From Armatimonadota bacterium (GTDB lineage Bacteria; Armatimonadota; Zipacnadia; Zipacnadales; UBA5352), in assembly GCA_034722055.1 (NCBI GenBank), contig JAYENL010000179.1, positions 1 to 32,033 of the forward strand: a DNA stretch of 32,033 nt. Direction: 5' to 3'. The position numbers and the translations under genes were made by a program. Under the pieces are notes generated by a model. The model had not been told where the DNA came from, searched no databases, and saw only the letters and a list, made by a program, of their open reading frames with translations. This document shows positions 9,145-17,866 of this stretch, in pieces. The number at the start of each line of letters is the position of its first letter. The first letter of the stretch is position 1.

Positions 9145-10250
9145 CTTCGCAGTTCCTCCTGTAACCTTGCCGGCGGCTGGCTCTCGGAGTTCGCTCTCGG
9201 TCGGGAGCAATGAGTCCAAAGGACGTCGCCCGCTGTGCGCTTTCCGATGCGCCACGATTTGTTCGGTTTTCCTTGAGGCTGGATTGAGTATACCCTCGGC
9301 GAACACCATCACCCAGGAACAGCACCACGTCAAACGCAAGACCAACGACGCAACGCTGCATACCCAACTGCCCGCGAACTGACCACCGCTCATCCGAGGT
9401 GCAATCGGCAGATGCAGCAAACCAGGCCCCAGCAAGTACCGGAGGACCGTCCGGCGTTTGGGAGACTCTGAGTGCAGCGGCGCGCAGGAGCCTGGGTATT
9501 GGGTCCCAGGTGGGCGCCGTGATTGGTGATCGTCCTGGGCTCAACACCTGCGTGGGGCCTCCTGCGGACTTACCGGAAGATCGGGGCAGTTGTGGTTGGC
9601 GGGCGGGCGCATTCGCCAAACGCTTCGACGCTGGACGCACGCAAGGGGTGCACAACTGTTCGCACGCCGAGGGGGCGACGGACGCACAGATGCTGCGCCG
9701 TACGGAGGGATGCCTCGGAGGCTATGGCGAGCAGGCATCTTCTGCAGACGTCGAGGGTGAGCGACGCACCAATATTGGGCCAGAGGAGCTCGGTCCGCGA
9801 TCAATGGCGAAAGCCGGGGCGTTCCGGCGGGTGAAGGGCAGCACTGTCACCGTATCTCCGTTCTCATGGCTGCATCGTCCTCTGCCGAGATGCTTCGTCT
9901 GCAAGCTCTATTGCGCAATGACCTGCTCTTTCCGCCTATTCCCAGTGACAGCGACCGCTAAACATGGGGGGCCAGTCCTTAAGCCCCGCGCCAGGTGAGC
10001 AGCGGCGGTCTCCTCTGGCGCTGATGAAGATAATCGCTGTTATGAGTGCGACCATGCCTCGAGGGCCGCATACCCGATTGTGTCTGGGGACGCAAGGGGG
10101 TTCCAGATGGTCCAGCGGTCTTCCTGCGACCGATACTGTGGTCTCACATCCTGTCGTCTCATGTGCGGATTCCTGGGCTGGCTGATCCATCGCATTGCGG
10201 TGTACCATGACCGTCTCTTGCTCCATTACTCGGGATCGCTGCCGCGTCGC

Positions 10251-10290
10251 AAACACCGAAAGCCGCCGCATGCTCACGACAGCGGCGGGC
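10251..10290 (-). terminator. Putative intrinsic terminator of tRNA-Ser
   Basis: CCGCCGC/GCGGCGG stem (10263-10288) followed on the minus strand by CTTTCGGTGTTT, about 20 nt after the tRNA CCA. Confidence 0.5.
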
Positions 10291-10310
10291 CATGGGAGGC
10301 GTGATCTCGG

Positions 10311-10401
10311 TGGCGGAGGGGGAGGGATTCGAACCCCCGGTGCCCGTCAAGAGCACAACGGTTTTCAAGACCGTCACCTTAAGCCGCTCGGTCACCCCTC
10401 C
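10311..10401 (-). tRNA. tRNA-Ser (anticodon TGA)
   Basis: Reverse complement GGAGGGGTGACCGAGCGGCTTAAGGTGACGGTCTTGAAAACCGTTGTGCTCTTGACGGGCACCGGGGGTTCGAATCCCTCCCCCTCCGCCA: 7-bp acceptor stem, anticodon loop CTTGAAA, long variable arm, GTTCGAAT T-loop, G discriminator, encoded CCA. Confidence 0.97.
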
Positions 10402-10413
10402 GCGTACATCCCT

Positions 10414-10443
10414 ATTATACCCCGAATGGCCGCCCAGCAGCAA
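10414..10443 (-). promoter_or_regulatory. Sigma70-type promoter of tRNA-Ser
   Basis: TTGCTG-18 nt-TATAAT, with the -10 box ending 12 nt upstream of the tRNA 5' G. Confidence 0.65.
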
Positions 10444-10600
10444 TCCCGCTCAGTCTGAAGGGGGCGGATCGATCGCGTCTGCTCAACGCGCGGGCCGAGG
10501 CGCCCGGAGGCAACAGCGCGTCTCTGCCCGCGGCCGCGGCCCCGCCCGGACGGCGGCTCTCGTTCGCGCCACGTCTGCGAGCCACGATCTAAGGACACAC

Positions 10601-13057
10601 TCAGTCCAGGCTCAGTTCGATGACGCGGGCGGCGGCGTGGTCGTAGACGTCGTAGCAGGTGAACAGCAGCACCTGCGCATCCTCCGCAAGGCGCCTGATG
10701 ATCCCCAGGGCCTCCTGGCGGCGGGTCGCATCGAAGTTGACCATGGGGTCATCGAGGAGGATGGGCGGACGCTCATCCGGCCACACCAGCGAGGTCAGGG
10801 CCAGCCGTGCCGCCAGGTAGACCTGCTCGCGTGTGGCGCAACTCAGCTCGGAATCGATGTCCACCTCCCCGCCCTTCTCCGAGGAGTGGATTGCCGGCTC
10901 GAGCGTCGAGCGGTCGAAGGTGACCTCCCCGTAGCGCCCGCAGGTAAGCTCAGACAAGAGGTCCCCGGTGCGCGGCTCCAGCACATCGATGGCGACGCTG
11001 ACGGTCTCGCGGTGAGCCCGGTCAAGCAGCTCGCGCGTCAGCGCGAGCGCGTCCCGCTGCTCCTCCAGGCGCTCCAGCCTGCGACGTGCGGCGACCAGTT
11101 GCTCCTCCAACGACCGCAGCCGCTCCGGGTCGGCCTCCGGATGCTCGGCGGCGCGACGGGCCTCGTCCAGCTCCTCGTCCAGCGCAGATGCCTGCTCCTG
11201 AAGCTCCGCGATCCGTGACAGCAGGGCCTGGTACTCTTCCGGCGTCAGGTCGGTCTCGGCAAGCTCCGGGGCTTCGAGCGCCTCCGCTGTGCCCATGCGG
11301 TCCGCATTGAGGGCCGAGAAATCGTCCTCCAGCTCCTTGAGCGTGCTGTCGCCGAGCAGACCCTTCAGCTCCGAGCGCGCCGACTCCAGCTCATCGCGGG
11401 CGTTGGCGACGCGCTCTACCTGCTCCAAGAGCTCCTCGGAGCTCTGCGCGTCGGCGCGCTTGAGGGCCACCTGCAACTGCGTCTCCAGCCCCTCGATGCG
11501 CTCGCGGTGCCTCTCCGCGGAATCGATGGCGCTCTCCGCCTGGCCCTGCACCCGCGCGTGGACCTCGACGGCGTCCTCCACGGCCTTCCGCGCATCGCGG
11601 AGGTGGCAGCGAAGGGCGTCCACGTCCCGTGCGCCGGCGTCCTCAAGCGCGGCGGCGAGCTCCTCGCGGGTGGTGCTGAGATGCCGCTGCAAGTCCTCGA
11701 GGCGGGTCCGCGCCTCCTCGTGTCGTCGGCGGGCCTCAGGCACAGACATACGCGGGCCGCCGAGGGAGGCCCAGAGGAAGATGCCAGCGCCCGCCAGGGC
11801 GACGAGCGCCAGCCAGGGGCTGACCAGCGCACCCAGGACCGCGCCGGCCACCACGAGGACGACCGCCAGGAGGTAGCGCAGGCGCTGCCGCCCGGAGGTC
11901 CGCTCGACGGACGCGCGCTGCTCCGCGGCCGCCTCGACCTCCTCGGCGAGGACGCCGCATTCAGTCTCGGTCGCGGCGACCTCGCGCTGGAGGTCCTCGG
12001 CGCGGTCGAGCAGGGACTCGTCGGGGACGTGCTCGCGAGCCGCGACCAGTCGCTGCTCGGCCTGCTCGGCGTCCTCAGCCAGCCCCTTCGCCTCCTCCTC
12101 GGCTGTCTCGGCAGCACGCGCGGCCTCGTCCAGGTCGCGGACCAGCTCCCGGGCCTCCTGGCCCCGCTCCGGGGAGATGTCGGGAAGCTCCTCCAGCCGC
12201 TGTTCCAGCCGGCTAATGCGCTGCTGCAGCTCGCGGGCCTGGCGGCTGCGCTTCTCAAGCTCGCCGCAGCGCCTGGTGAGATCGGCAAGCTCCTCCTCCA
12301 GCTCTCGGCGGCGCTGCACGCGCTCCTGCAGGTGCCGGCGCTCCTCAAGCTCGCGCTCGACGTCCTTGCGCCGGTCGCGTAGTTGCTCCAGGCGCTCCGC
12401 GGCGTCCTGGGCGGCCGACACGATGGGCCGCAGGTGGGCGACCTGGGCCTCCAGGTCGTCGATGCGGCTCATGGTGGAGGCAATGGGGCCGAGGTGCTTG
12501 GCGGGTCTCGACACGCCGCGGTTGATGTCCTCAAGCGCATCATCGAGCTCACCGATGACGCTCTGCGCGCCGGCTTCCGCCCCCGGGCCGGCCAGACGCT
12601 GCTGGAGGAGCTCGCTGACGCGCTCCCCGCCGTCCAGGCGAGCGAACTCCTGCTGGCGGAGGCAGGCCGTGGTCTCATAGACCTCTCGCGACCATGGCTG
12701 CAGCAGCTCCGAGAGGCGCTCCCGGACCCGGCCCTCATCGGTGAGGGCATCTCCATCCATGCACAGCTCGATGCCCTGGGACTCGAAGTCGCGGGTCAGC
12801 ATCAGGCGGCGGCCGGCCGCCTCAAGCTCGCCCTCCAGCACGAACTGCCGCTGGCAGTCCCAGCTCGTGCACGCCAGGAACTGGGAGTCGCGGGTGTCCA
12901 CCTTCTTCTCCGCGAACAGCAGTCGCACGATGGCCTCGCGCATGGTGGACTTGCCGGACTCGTTGGGCCCACGGATGACATTGAGGCCGGGCGCGAACTC
13001 CCAGGAGGCGTCGCGGAAGCATCTGAAGCGCTGCAAACGCAGTCGGGTGAGGATCAT
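10601..13057 (-). CDS. SbcC/Rad50-like (YhaN-type) SMC-family ATPase with long coiled coils
   Basis: Walker A GPNESGKST after LRLQRFRCF...FAPGLNVI; signature-like LSCATREQVYLAARL; Walker B ILLDDPMVNFD; central hydrophobic hairpin. ATGA overlap with the upstream nuclease gene. Confidence 0.88.
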   Translation of the reverse strand: MILTRLRLQRFRCFRDASWEFAPGLNVIRGPNESGKSTMREAIVRLLFAEKKVDTRDSQFLACTSWDCQRQFVLEGELEAAGRRLMLTRDFESQGIELCMDGDALTDEGRVRERLSELLQPWSREVYETTACLRQQEFARLDGGERVSELLQQRLAGPGAEAGAQSVIGELDDALEDINRGVSRPAKHLGPIASTMSRIDDLEAQVAHLRPIVSAAQDAAERLEQLRDRRKDVERELEERRHLQERVQRRRELEEELADLTRRCGELEKRSRQARELQQRISRLEQRLEELPDISPERGQEARELVRDLDEAARAAETAEEEAKGLAEDAEQAEQRLVAAREHVPDESLLDRAEDLQREVAATETECGVLAEEVEAAAEQRASVERTSGRQRLRYLLAVVLVVAGAVLGALVSPWLALVALAGAGIFLWASLGGPRMSVPEARRRHEEARTRLEDLQRHLSTTREELAAALEDAGARDVDALRCHLRDARKAVEDAVEVHARVQGQAESAIDSAERHRERIEGLETQLQVALKRADAQSSEELLEQVERVANARDELESARSELKGLLGDSTLKELEDDFSALNADRMGTAEALEAPELAETDLTPEEYQALLSRIAELQEQASALDEELDEARRAAEHPEADPERLRSLEEQLVAARRRLERLEEQRDALALTRELLDRAHRETVSVAIDVLEPRTGDLLSELTCGRYGEVTFDRSTLEPAIHSSEKGGEVDIDSELSCATREQVYLAARLALTSLVWPDERPPILLDDPMVNFDATRRQEALGIIRRLAEDAQVLLFTCYDVYDHAAARVIELSLD

Positions 13058-14187
13058 CGCAGGCCCCCCTCGCCGCGCAGCATGGCCACGCCGATCTGCA
13101 GCGCGCGCTCGGCCACGCGCCGCTCGCGCTCGTCGCCGGCCGCCTGGATCCTCTCGCGAGCCAGCTCCACGAAGCGCCCCAGGGCCAGCCCGTCGGCGGC
13201 GACGCCCTCCAGGTCCTCGATGGCCGGATGCGTGTCATCGACGATACGAAGGGCGAAGAACTCGTCCGCGAGGCGCTCCTGGGCGGCCTGCACGTCGATG
13301 AGGACTCCGGGCGCGGCGAGCCCCCCGACCGTCACATGCAGGAGCAGGCCATCGTTGGCGTGCTCGCGGATGCGTGTGACCAGGTCCTCAGTGCCGCCCA
13401 GCTCGCCGGCGTCGATGGCGACCTGCTCGCCGCGCAACGCGCCGACAGTGACCCGCTCCACGCGCGTGCGGCCCTCACCGAGCGTGACAACGGCCACGGC
13501 GCCAGCGTCGCGCTGCGCGAAGCCGTCGATCTCCGGGCTGCCGGGATTGATGGCCACGACGTCCCCGGCGGTGTGGTCGGTCCAGGAGTGCCAGTGTCCC
13601 AGCGCGAGGTAGTCCATGCCCGTGGCGGCGATCTCCTCGGCGTCGAACATGCTGGAGTCCGCCACGTCGCCCCGCTCCATCGAGCCATGCGCCACGCCCA
13701 CGTTCAGCGGCAGGTCCGCCTCCGGCCGGAGGCCGCTGAGCGGCCGCTGCCGCTCGCGGCCGCAGAGGTGAGCACAGCCGTGGAGGGCGAGGTCGAGCTG
13801 CGGCAGATGGATGGTGACGGCCTCAGGGCCGCACAACGCGTGCACCGAATCCCCAAGCGCTCGCATCCGCGGGGAGTCCCACAAGGCGCCCTCGCGCCAG
13901 CAGTCATGGGTGCCTGGCAGCAGCGCGACGGCCACGGGGGGCGATGCCTCCGTGAGGCGGCGGAGCTGGCCGAGGGCGAAGTCGATGGTGGCGGCATCCG
14001 GCCGGGCCTGGTTGAAGAGATCGCCGGCCACGATGAGCAGATGTGCATCGCGCTCCAGGCAGAGGTCGATGACGCGCGTGAAGGCCTCCCGGGTGGCCCT
14101 GCGAAGCGCGGCGGCGCGCTCGCCGAGCTCGGCGTTCGGCGCGTCGAGGTGGACGTCGGCGGTGTGAACGATCCTGACGGTAGACAT
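13054..14187 (-). CDS. SbcD/Mre11-like (YhaO-type) DNA repair exonuclease, metallophosphoesterase
   Basis: Start reassigned to ATG 14187. Five phosphoesterase motifs: HTADVHL, VAGDLF, PGTHD, VAHG, YLALGHWH; also NPGSPE. Confidence 0.88.
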   Translation of the reverse strand: MSTVRIVHTADVHLDAPNAELGERAAALRRATREAFTRVIDLCLERDAHLLIVAGDLFNQARPDAATIDFALGQLRRLTEASPPVAVALLPGTHDCWREGALWDSPRMRALGDSVHALCGPEAVTIHLPQLDLALHGCAHLCGRERQRPLSGLRPEADLPLNVGVAHGSMERGDVADSSMFDAEEIAATGMDYLALGHWHSWTDHTAGDVVAINPGSPEIDGFAQRDAGAVAVVTLGEGRTRVERVTVGALRGEQVAIDAGELGGTEDLVTRIREHANDGLLLHVTVGGLAAPGVLIDVQAAQERLADEFFALRIVDDTHPAIEDLEGVAADGLALGRFVELARERIQAAGDERERRVAERALQIGVAMLRGEGGLR

Positions 14188-14277
14188 GCGTATCCCCGTG
14201 CGCGTATCTGTGTGTGCGTGTGAGCCTTCCCGCTGAGGATGGAACATTCCTCCCGCGTGGTCCGGGGGAAAGCCGTG

Positions 14278-14315
14278 TTGGGCCGGCCTCCTCGGGGTGC
14301 TTCGCACCCGTCGTC
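14278..14315. repeat. REP-like hairpin repeat, type A copy 1
   Basis: TTGGGCCGGCCTCCTCGGGGTGCTTCGCACCCGTCGTC matches 31996-32033 at 36/38 nt; stem GGGTGC-TTC-GCACCC. Confidence 0.8.
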
Positions 14316-14407
14316 GTGCGGCCCCTCCTTACGGCAGCGAGGGCTGGAAGCGGGCCTACAGACGCGCGCCCAGGCCCAATGACTCCCCGTGGTAAGGGCG
14401 CGACGCC

Positions 14408-14431
14408 GGCCGGCTCTGGGCAGAGCCGGCC
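14408..14431. other. GC-rich hairpin just after the oxidoreductase stop codon
   Basis: GGCCGGCTCT-GGGC-AGAGCCGGCC, a perfect 10-bp stem with no U-tract. Confidence 0.5.
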
Positions 14432-14447
14432 CGCCGCATTTGCCTCG

Positions 14448-15581
14448 TCAGATCTCCTCCACCGGCTCCCACCGACCGCTGCTGTCGGAGCGATGCACGG
14501 CATCCATGACGGCCTCGGCGCGGGCGCCGTCGTAGAGCGTGGCGGTGCCCAGCTCGCCATTCCTCACCGCTGTGAGGAAGTCGAAGATGGCGTGCATGTG
14601 GAAGCGCACCCAGCCCACGGGAAGCTTCGGCGAGGGCAGCGCGGAGGGCTCCGGGTAGTGCTGGACGGTGGCGATGCGGGTGAACCCCTCCATGCCGCCC
14701 GGCGCGGAGGTATTGTAGGCCTCCAGGAAGTTGGGGTCCATCATGCTCCACCGCAGCGCCCCCCGCTGTCCGTAGATCTCGAAGGACATGTCGTCCTGGG
14801 TGCCGGTTGCGAACCTGGAGGCCTCGATGAACCCCAGCGTGCCGGACTGCATGCGGGCCTGCAGGCAGGCGTAGTCATCCACCTGCACCGGGACCATCTC
14901 GGAGGGATCCTCGGCCGATGGCCGCTGGTCGATCCACCGCTCCAGCGTCCCCCGGACCGCGGCGTAATCGCCCAGCAGATGGGCCATGAGGTCAATGACG
15001 TGAGAGCCGAGGTCGGCCAGGCATCCGCCGCCAGGCGCGAGCCGCCAGCTCATGGGTCGGAGCGGGTCGGCATAGCCGGCGTGCATGTAGGCGGCGCGGA
15101 AGTGATAGACCTCGCCCAGGAAGCCCTCCTCGACGAGCTGCCTCGCGCGCATGATGGCGGGGATGAACCGGCAATGGAAGGCCATGCCATGCACCTGATC
15201 GGGGTGCGCGCGGGCCGCCCGAACGATGGCGCGGGCGTCCCCCAGGTCGTTGGTCAGCGGCTTGTCGCAATAGACGTGCTTGCCGGCCTCCAGCGCGGCG
15301 ATCACCTGCCGGCGGTGGAGGTTGTTGGGCGTCGCCACGTCGATGACGTCGATGTCATCCCGCTCCAGGAGGTCCTCGAAGCGCGAGGTACCGAACTCGA
15401 AGCCGCCGGTCTGGCGCGCGGCGCGAGCAGTCTCGTCGCGGGACGTGCAGACGCCCAGGAGCCGCACCTGACACGGTGGCGGGTCGTAGAACAGATCGAG
15501 GTTGCGGAAGCCGTAGGTGTGCACCTTGCCGATGAAGCCGAAGCCGGCCATGCCGACGTTGATCTGGGGGAGCGATGGCAC
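14448..15581 (-). CDS. Gfo/Idh/MocA family oxidoreductase
   Basis: Rossmann motif VGMAGFGFIGKVH; DIDVIDVATPNNLH; ALEAGKHVYCDKPL; GGGCLADLGSHVID. GGGAGG upstream of the GTG start. Confidence 0.92.
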   Translation of the reverse strand: MPSLPQINVGMAGFGFIGKVHTYGFRNLDLFYDPPPCQVRLLGVCTSRDETARAARQTGGFEFGTSRFEDLLERDDIDVIDVATPNNLHRRQVIAALEAGKHVYCDKPLTNDLGDARAIVRAARAHPDQVHGMAFHCRFIPAIMRARQLVEEGFLGEVYHFRAAYMHAGYADPLRPMSWRLAPGGGCLADLGSHVIDLMAHLLGDYAAVRGTLERWIDQRPSAEDPSEMVPVQVDDYACLQARMQSGTLGFIEASRFATGTQDDMSFEIYGQRGALRWSMMDPNFLEAYNTSAPGGMEGFTRIATVQHYPEPSALPSPKLPVGWVRFHMHAIFDFLTAVRNGELGTATLYDGARAEAVMDAVHRSDSSGRWEPVEEI

Positions 15582-16136
15582 GGTGGGACCCTCCCGTCAC
15601 GATGATCCGCGTCGTGAGCGGTGATTCACCGGACGGCGGCGTGGAACCTGCCGGGCTCCCGGGCCAGGCGCGCGGGAGAAGCACGCCGCGCCTTCACCTG
15701 CCCCTGCCATCACTGGTCAGGCGCCGGCCGACCGTTGCCGGTCTTCTGGGATGGAGGCACTCTTGAGGGGAACCTGAGCCGATGGAGAGCCCGGGGGGCG
15801 TCTGGTATGGTATGGTATGCACCACGCTGTAACACGTCACCGCCTCGGCTGGGCGAACTGCTCGCGCGATCCCTGTGGATCCGGCAGAGCGGGTCTGGTG
15901 CGGAGGCGTTTTCCGTATCTGACAGTCACCTAAGGGCCGCCTGGAGCCAACTCGATGTGCGTACACCGCGGCGAAACGCCGCGGACCTCGCCCCGCCCTG
16001 ATTGCGGTGACGACCAGCGGGCAGTCCCGGGAGCGCGGTCGCCGGGCTTTCGGCGGGGGCGCCGGAGGACGTCCTGAAGAGGAGCGCGTGCGCCGCAGTG
16101 ACGGCGCACGCGCTCTGTGGTTTCACGCGGCCGGGA

Positions 16137-16940
16137 CTACGCCGGAGTGGGGGAGAGGACCGCGTACTGCACCCGGCTGCCGCCGCCACCCTCGACGCGC
16201 TCGATGCCGGGCAAGTCCAGAGCCTCGTCACTGCGCCGGCACTTGACCACCACGCAGCGCCTCGCCACGCGCCTGGCCTCCTGATACGCCTCCTCGCCGA
16301 TGGGCTGATGCACACCGAGCCGCCGCAACGGCTGCATGGCCTGGGAGCGCCCGATGGTCTGCTCGAAGAACGGGTCGAAGTAGACCACGTCGAAGCCGGC
16401 CTCGGGGAACGTGGGCAGCACCTCACGGCAGTCGCCGTGGCGTGCGTCGATCCGCCGCATGGCCTCCTGCACGCCCGGGCCCTCGATCTCGTAGCTCTGC
16501 AGGCCCGAGATGGTCAGTGCGCCCACCAGCGGATCCGCCTCGTACCCGACCACGCGCCCCTCCTCGCCGACCACCCAGGAGGCGACGGTGGCGTCGGTGG
16601 CGCGGCCGAGCGTACAGTCCAGGACGCTGTCGCCGGCCTGGAGGCCCATGGCGCTGACCATGGGGTCGCTCATGCCGTCGATGATGTTGCGGATGCGGGT
16701 GCGGGCCATGCTGGGGTGGAAGAAGTACTCCACGTCCTCGGACGGGATCACCAGGCCGACGCGCTCGGCGGTCACCGTGAGCGCGGCCTCGACGCCCTCC
16801 TCGCGGCAGAGGCTCGCGAGGCTGCGGCCGGCTCGCGGAACGAAGGGGACCTGCAGGCGCTGAGCCCACCCGACGGCGCGCGCGGCAAGCTCGGGATCGG
16901 ACCTCCGGGAGGTGGTGACGACGTAGGCGAGGTCAGGCAT
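16137..16940 (-). CDS. Class I SAM-dependent methyltransferase (RsmJ/YhiQ-like)
   Basis: FFHPSMA..RI; motif I VLDCTLGRATDA; motif IV FDVVYFDPFF; RVARRCVVVK. Start overlaps the HEPN stop (ATGCCTGA). Confidence 0.8.
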   Translation of the reverse strand: MPDLAYVVTTSRRSDPELAARAVGWAQRLQVPFVPRAGRSLASLCREEGVEAALTVTAERVGLVIPSEDVEYFFHPSMARTRIRNIIDGMSDPMVSAMGLQAGDSVLDCTLGRATDATVASWVVGEEGRVVGYEADPLVGALTISGLQSYEIEGPGVQEAMRRIDARHGDCREVLPTFPEAGFDVVYFDPFFEQTIGRSQAMQPLRRLGVHQPIGEEAYQEARRVARRCVVVKCRRSDEALDLPGIERVEGGGGSRVQYAVLSPTPA

Positions 16941-16943
16941 CGG
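16875..16943 (-). repeat. Direct repeat R1a (methyltransferase 5' end), partner of 17798-17866
   Basis: 66/69 nt identical by manual alignment. Confidence 0.92.
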
Positions 16944-17391
16944 GAGCGCGAGGCTCCTCTGCCCCAGCGTCTGCGTCGGCCTCGAGGAACTCCAAGATGC
17001 GTGGCTCGAAGATCGCCCAGGCGCGATCCGTCAACGCCAGCAGTCGCTCGCTCGTCTCCTCGTCAAACGGCTCGCCGGTGTCAGGGTAGCGGGCGTCAAC
17101 AGCGTAAGCGCCGAGCTCGTCGGCGAATGCGGCCTCGGCCGCGAGGTGTGGATCGACTTGCACTACATAGGTCTCGAGCAACCGAGCGATGTCGCGGATC
17201 TTGGGGAAGCGAACGCCATGAACAACGAGGCAGGTCTTGATGACCTTCTCGATGGCCTGCTGACAGAGGAAGACCACGTTATCGTACGCACGGGGGCCGG
17301 TGGCGTGAAGCACCCGGGCATTGGCGAGATCCAACTCGGCGCGGGAGTACCACTCCTGGACCTGCTCGCGTAGCGGATCACCCTCGCTCAT
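16933..17391 (-). CDS. HEPN domain protein (cassette 1)
   Basis: EWYSRAELDLANAR, FLCQQAIEKVIK, FPKIRDIARL, YAVDARYPD; overlaps the upstream MNT gene. Confidence 0.85.
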   Translation of the reverse strand: MSEGDPLREQVQEWYSRAELDLANARVLHATGPRAYDNVVFLCQQAIEKVIKTCLVVHGVRFPKIRDIARLLETYVVQVDPHLAAEAAFADELGAYAVDARYPDTGEPFDEETSERLLALTDRAWAIFEPRILEFLEADADAGAEEPRAPDA

Positions 17392-17725
17392 ACATCAGCC
17401 GCCCGTCGTGTGCGACCATATTGGCGAGACTGCCGATGACCTTCCGTCTGCGCTCGAACTGGTCCCTGCCGAGCACGAGGATGTCCATCGGGAACGGGCG
17501 CGGGCGGCAGAGAGCGCTCAACCGTACCATCTCCTGGCGGCGATCCGGCTCTCCCTCGTAGACCGCCAGCAGGTCCACGTCGCTGTCAGGGCCGGCGGTG
17601 CCGGTGGCGTGTGAGCCGAACAGCCACACCTGGATCACGCCCGGCTGCTCGCCGATCTTCCGGGCGATCTCCCGGATCTGCTCCTTCGTGACCTCGGATT
17701 GCGTTGTGTCGCTGTGATCGCTCAT
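17378..17725 (-). CDS. Minimal nucleotidyltransferase (MNT) (cassette 1)
   Basis: 115 aa from ATG 17725; LFGSHATGTAGPDSDVDLL fits GSx10DxD; third Asp in PMDILV. Confidence 0.88.
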   Translation of the reverse strand: MSDHSDTTQSEVTKEQIREIARKIGEQPGVIQVWLFGSHATGTAGPDSDVDLLAVYEGEPDRRQEMVRLSALCRPRPFPMDILVLGRDQFERRRKVIGSLANMVAHDGRLMYERG

Positions 17726-17729
17726 GGGA
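17544..17729 (-). repeat. Direct repeat R2a (MNT 5' half), partner of 18428-18613
   Basis: 184/186 nt identical by manual alignment. Confidence 0.93.
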
Positions 17730-17741
17730 GCCACCCGTCCG

Positions 17742-17770
17742 ATTGTACCTCCGGCGCAGGGGCGCGTCAA
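17742..17770 (-). promoter_or_regulatory. Sigma70-type promoter of MNT-HEPN cassette 1
   Basis: TTGACG-17 nt-TACAAT; the same boxes and spacing recur before cassette 2. Confidence 0.75.
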
Positions 17771-17797
17771 CGAACGCGGGGCTTCGGGCCGCCCGCT

Positions 17798-17866
17798 GGC
17801 GCGCGCGGCAAGCTCAGGGTCGGACCTGCGGGAGGTGGTGACGACGTAGGCGAGGTCAGGCATCGG
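17798..17866 (-). pseudogene. Duplicated 5' fragment (22 codons) of the methyltransferase gene (repeat R1b)
   Basis: Encodes MPDLAYVVTTSRRSDPELAARA, identical to the N-terminus of 16137..16940; similarity then stops abruptly. Confidence 0.85.

Noticed and set aside
9145..9435. N-terminal extensions in the ORF track (also 5192-5776, 14188-14307, 17726-18043, 18610-18789, 23045-23365, 24232-25971, 29921-30385)
   Set aside because: Better starts with RBS, signal peptide or family N-terminal motifs lie downstream, and the extensions overlap other genes or repeats.
9936..10277. 113-aa ORF downstream of the tRNA
   Set aside because: No motif or clear RBS, atypical composition, and it overlaps the putative tRNA terminator; cannot be supported.
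15730..15860. Fragments reminiscent of 6S RNA (CCTGAGCCGAT) or a SAM-I riboswitch (TCAAGAG...CCGGCAAC)
   Set aside because: The remaining consensus elements and pairings are absent; likely chance matches.
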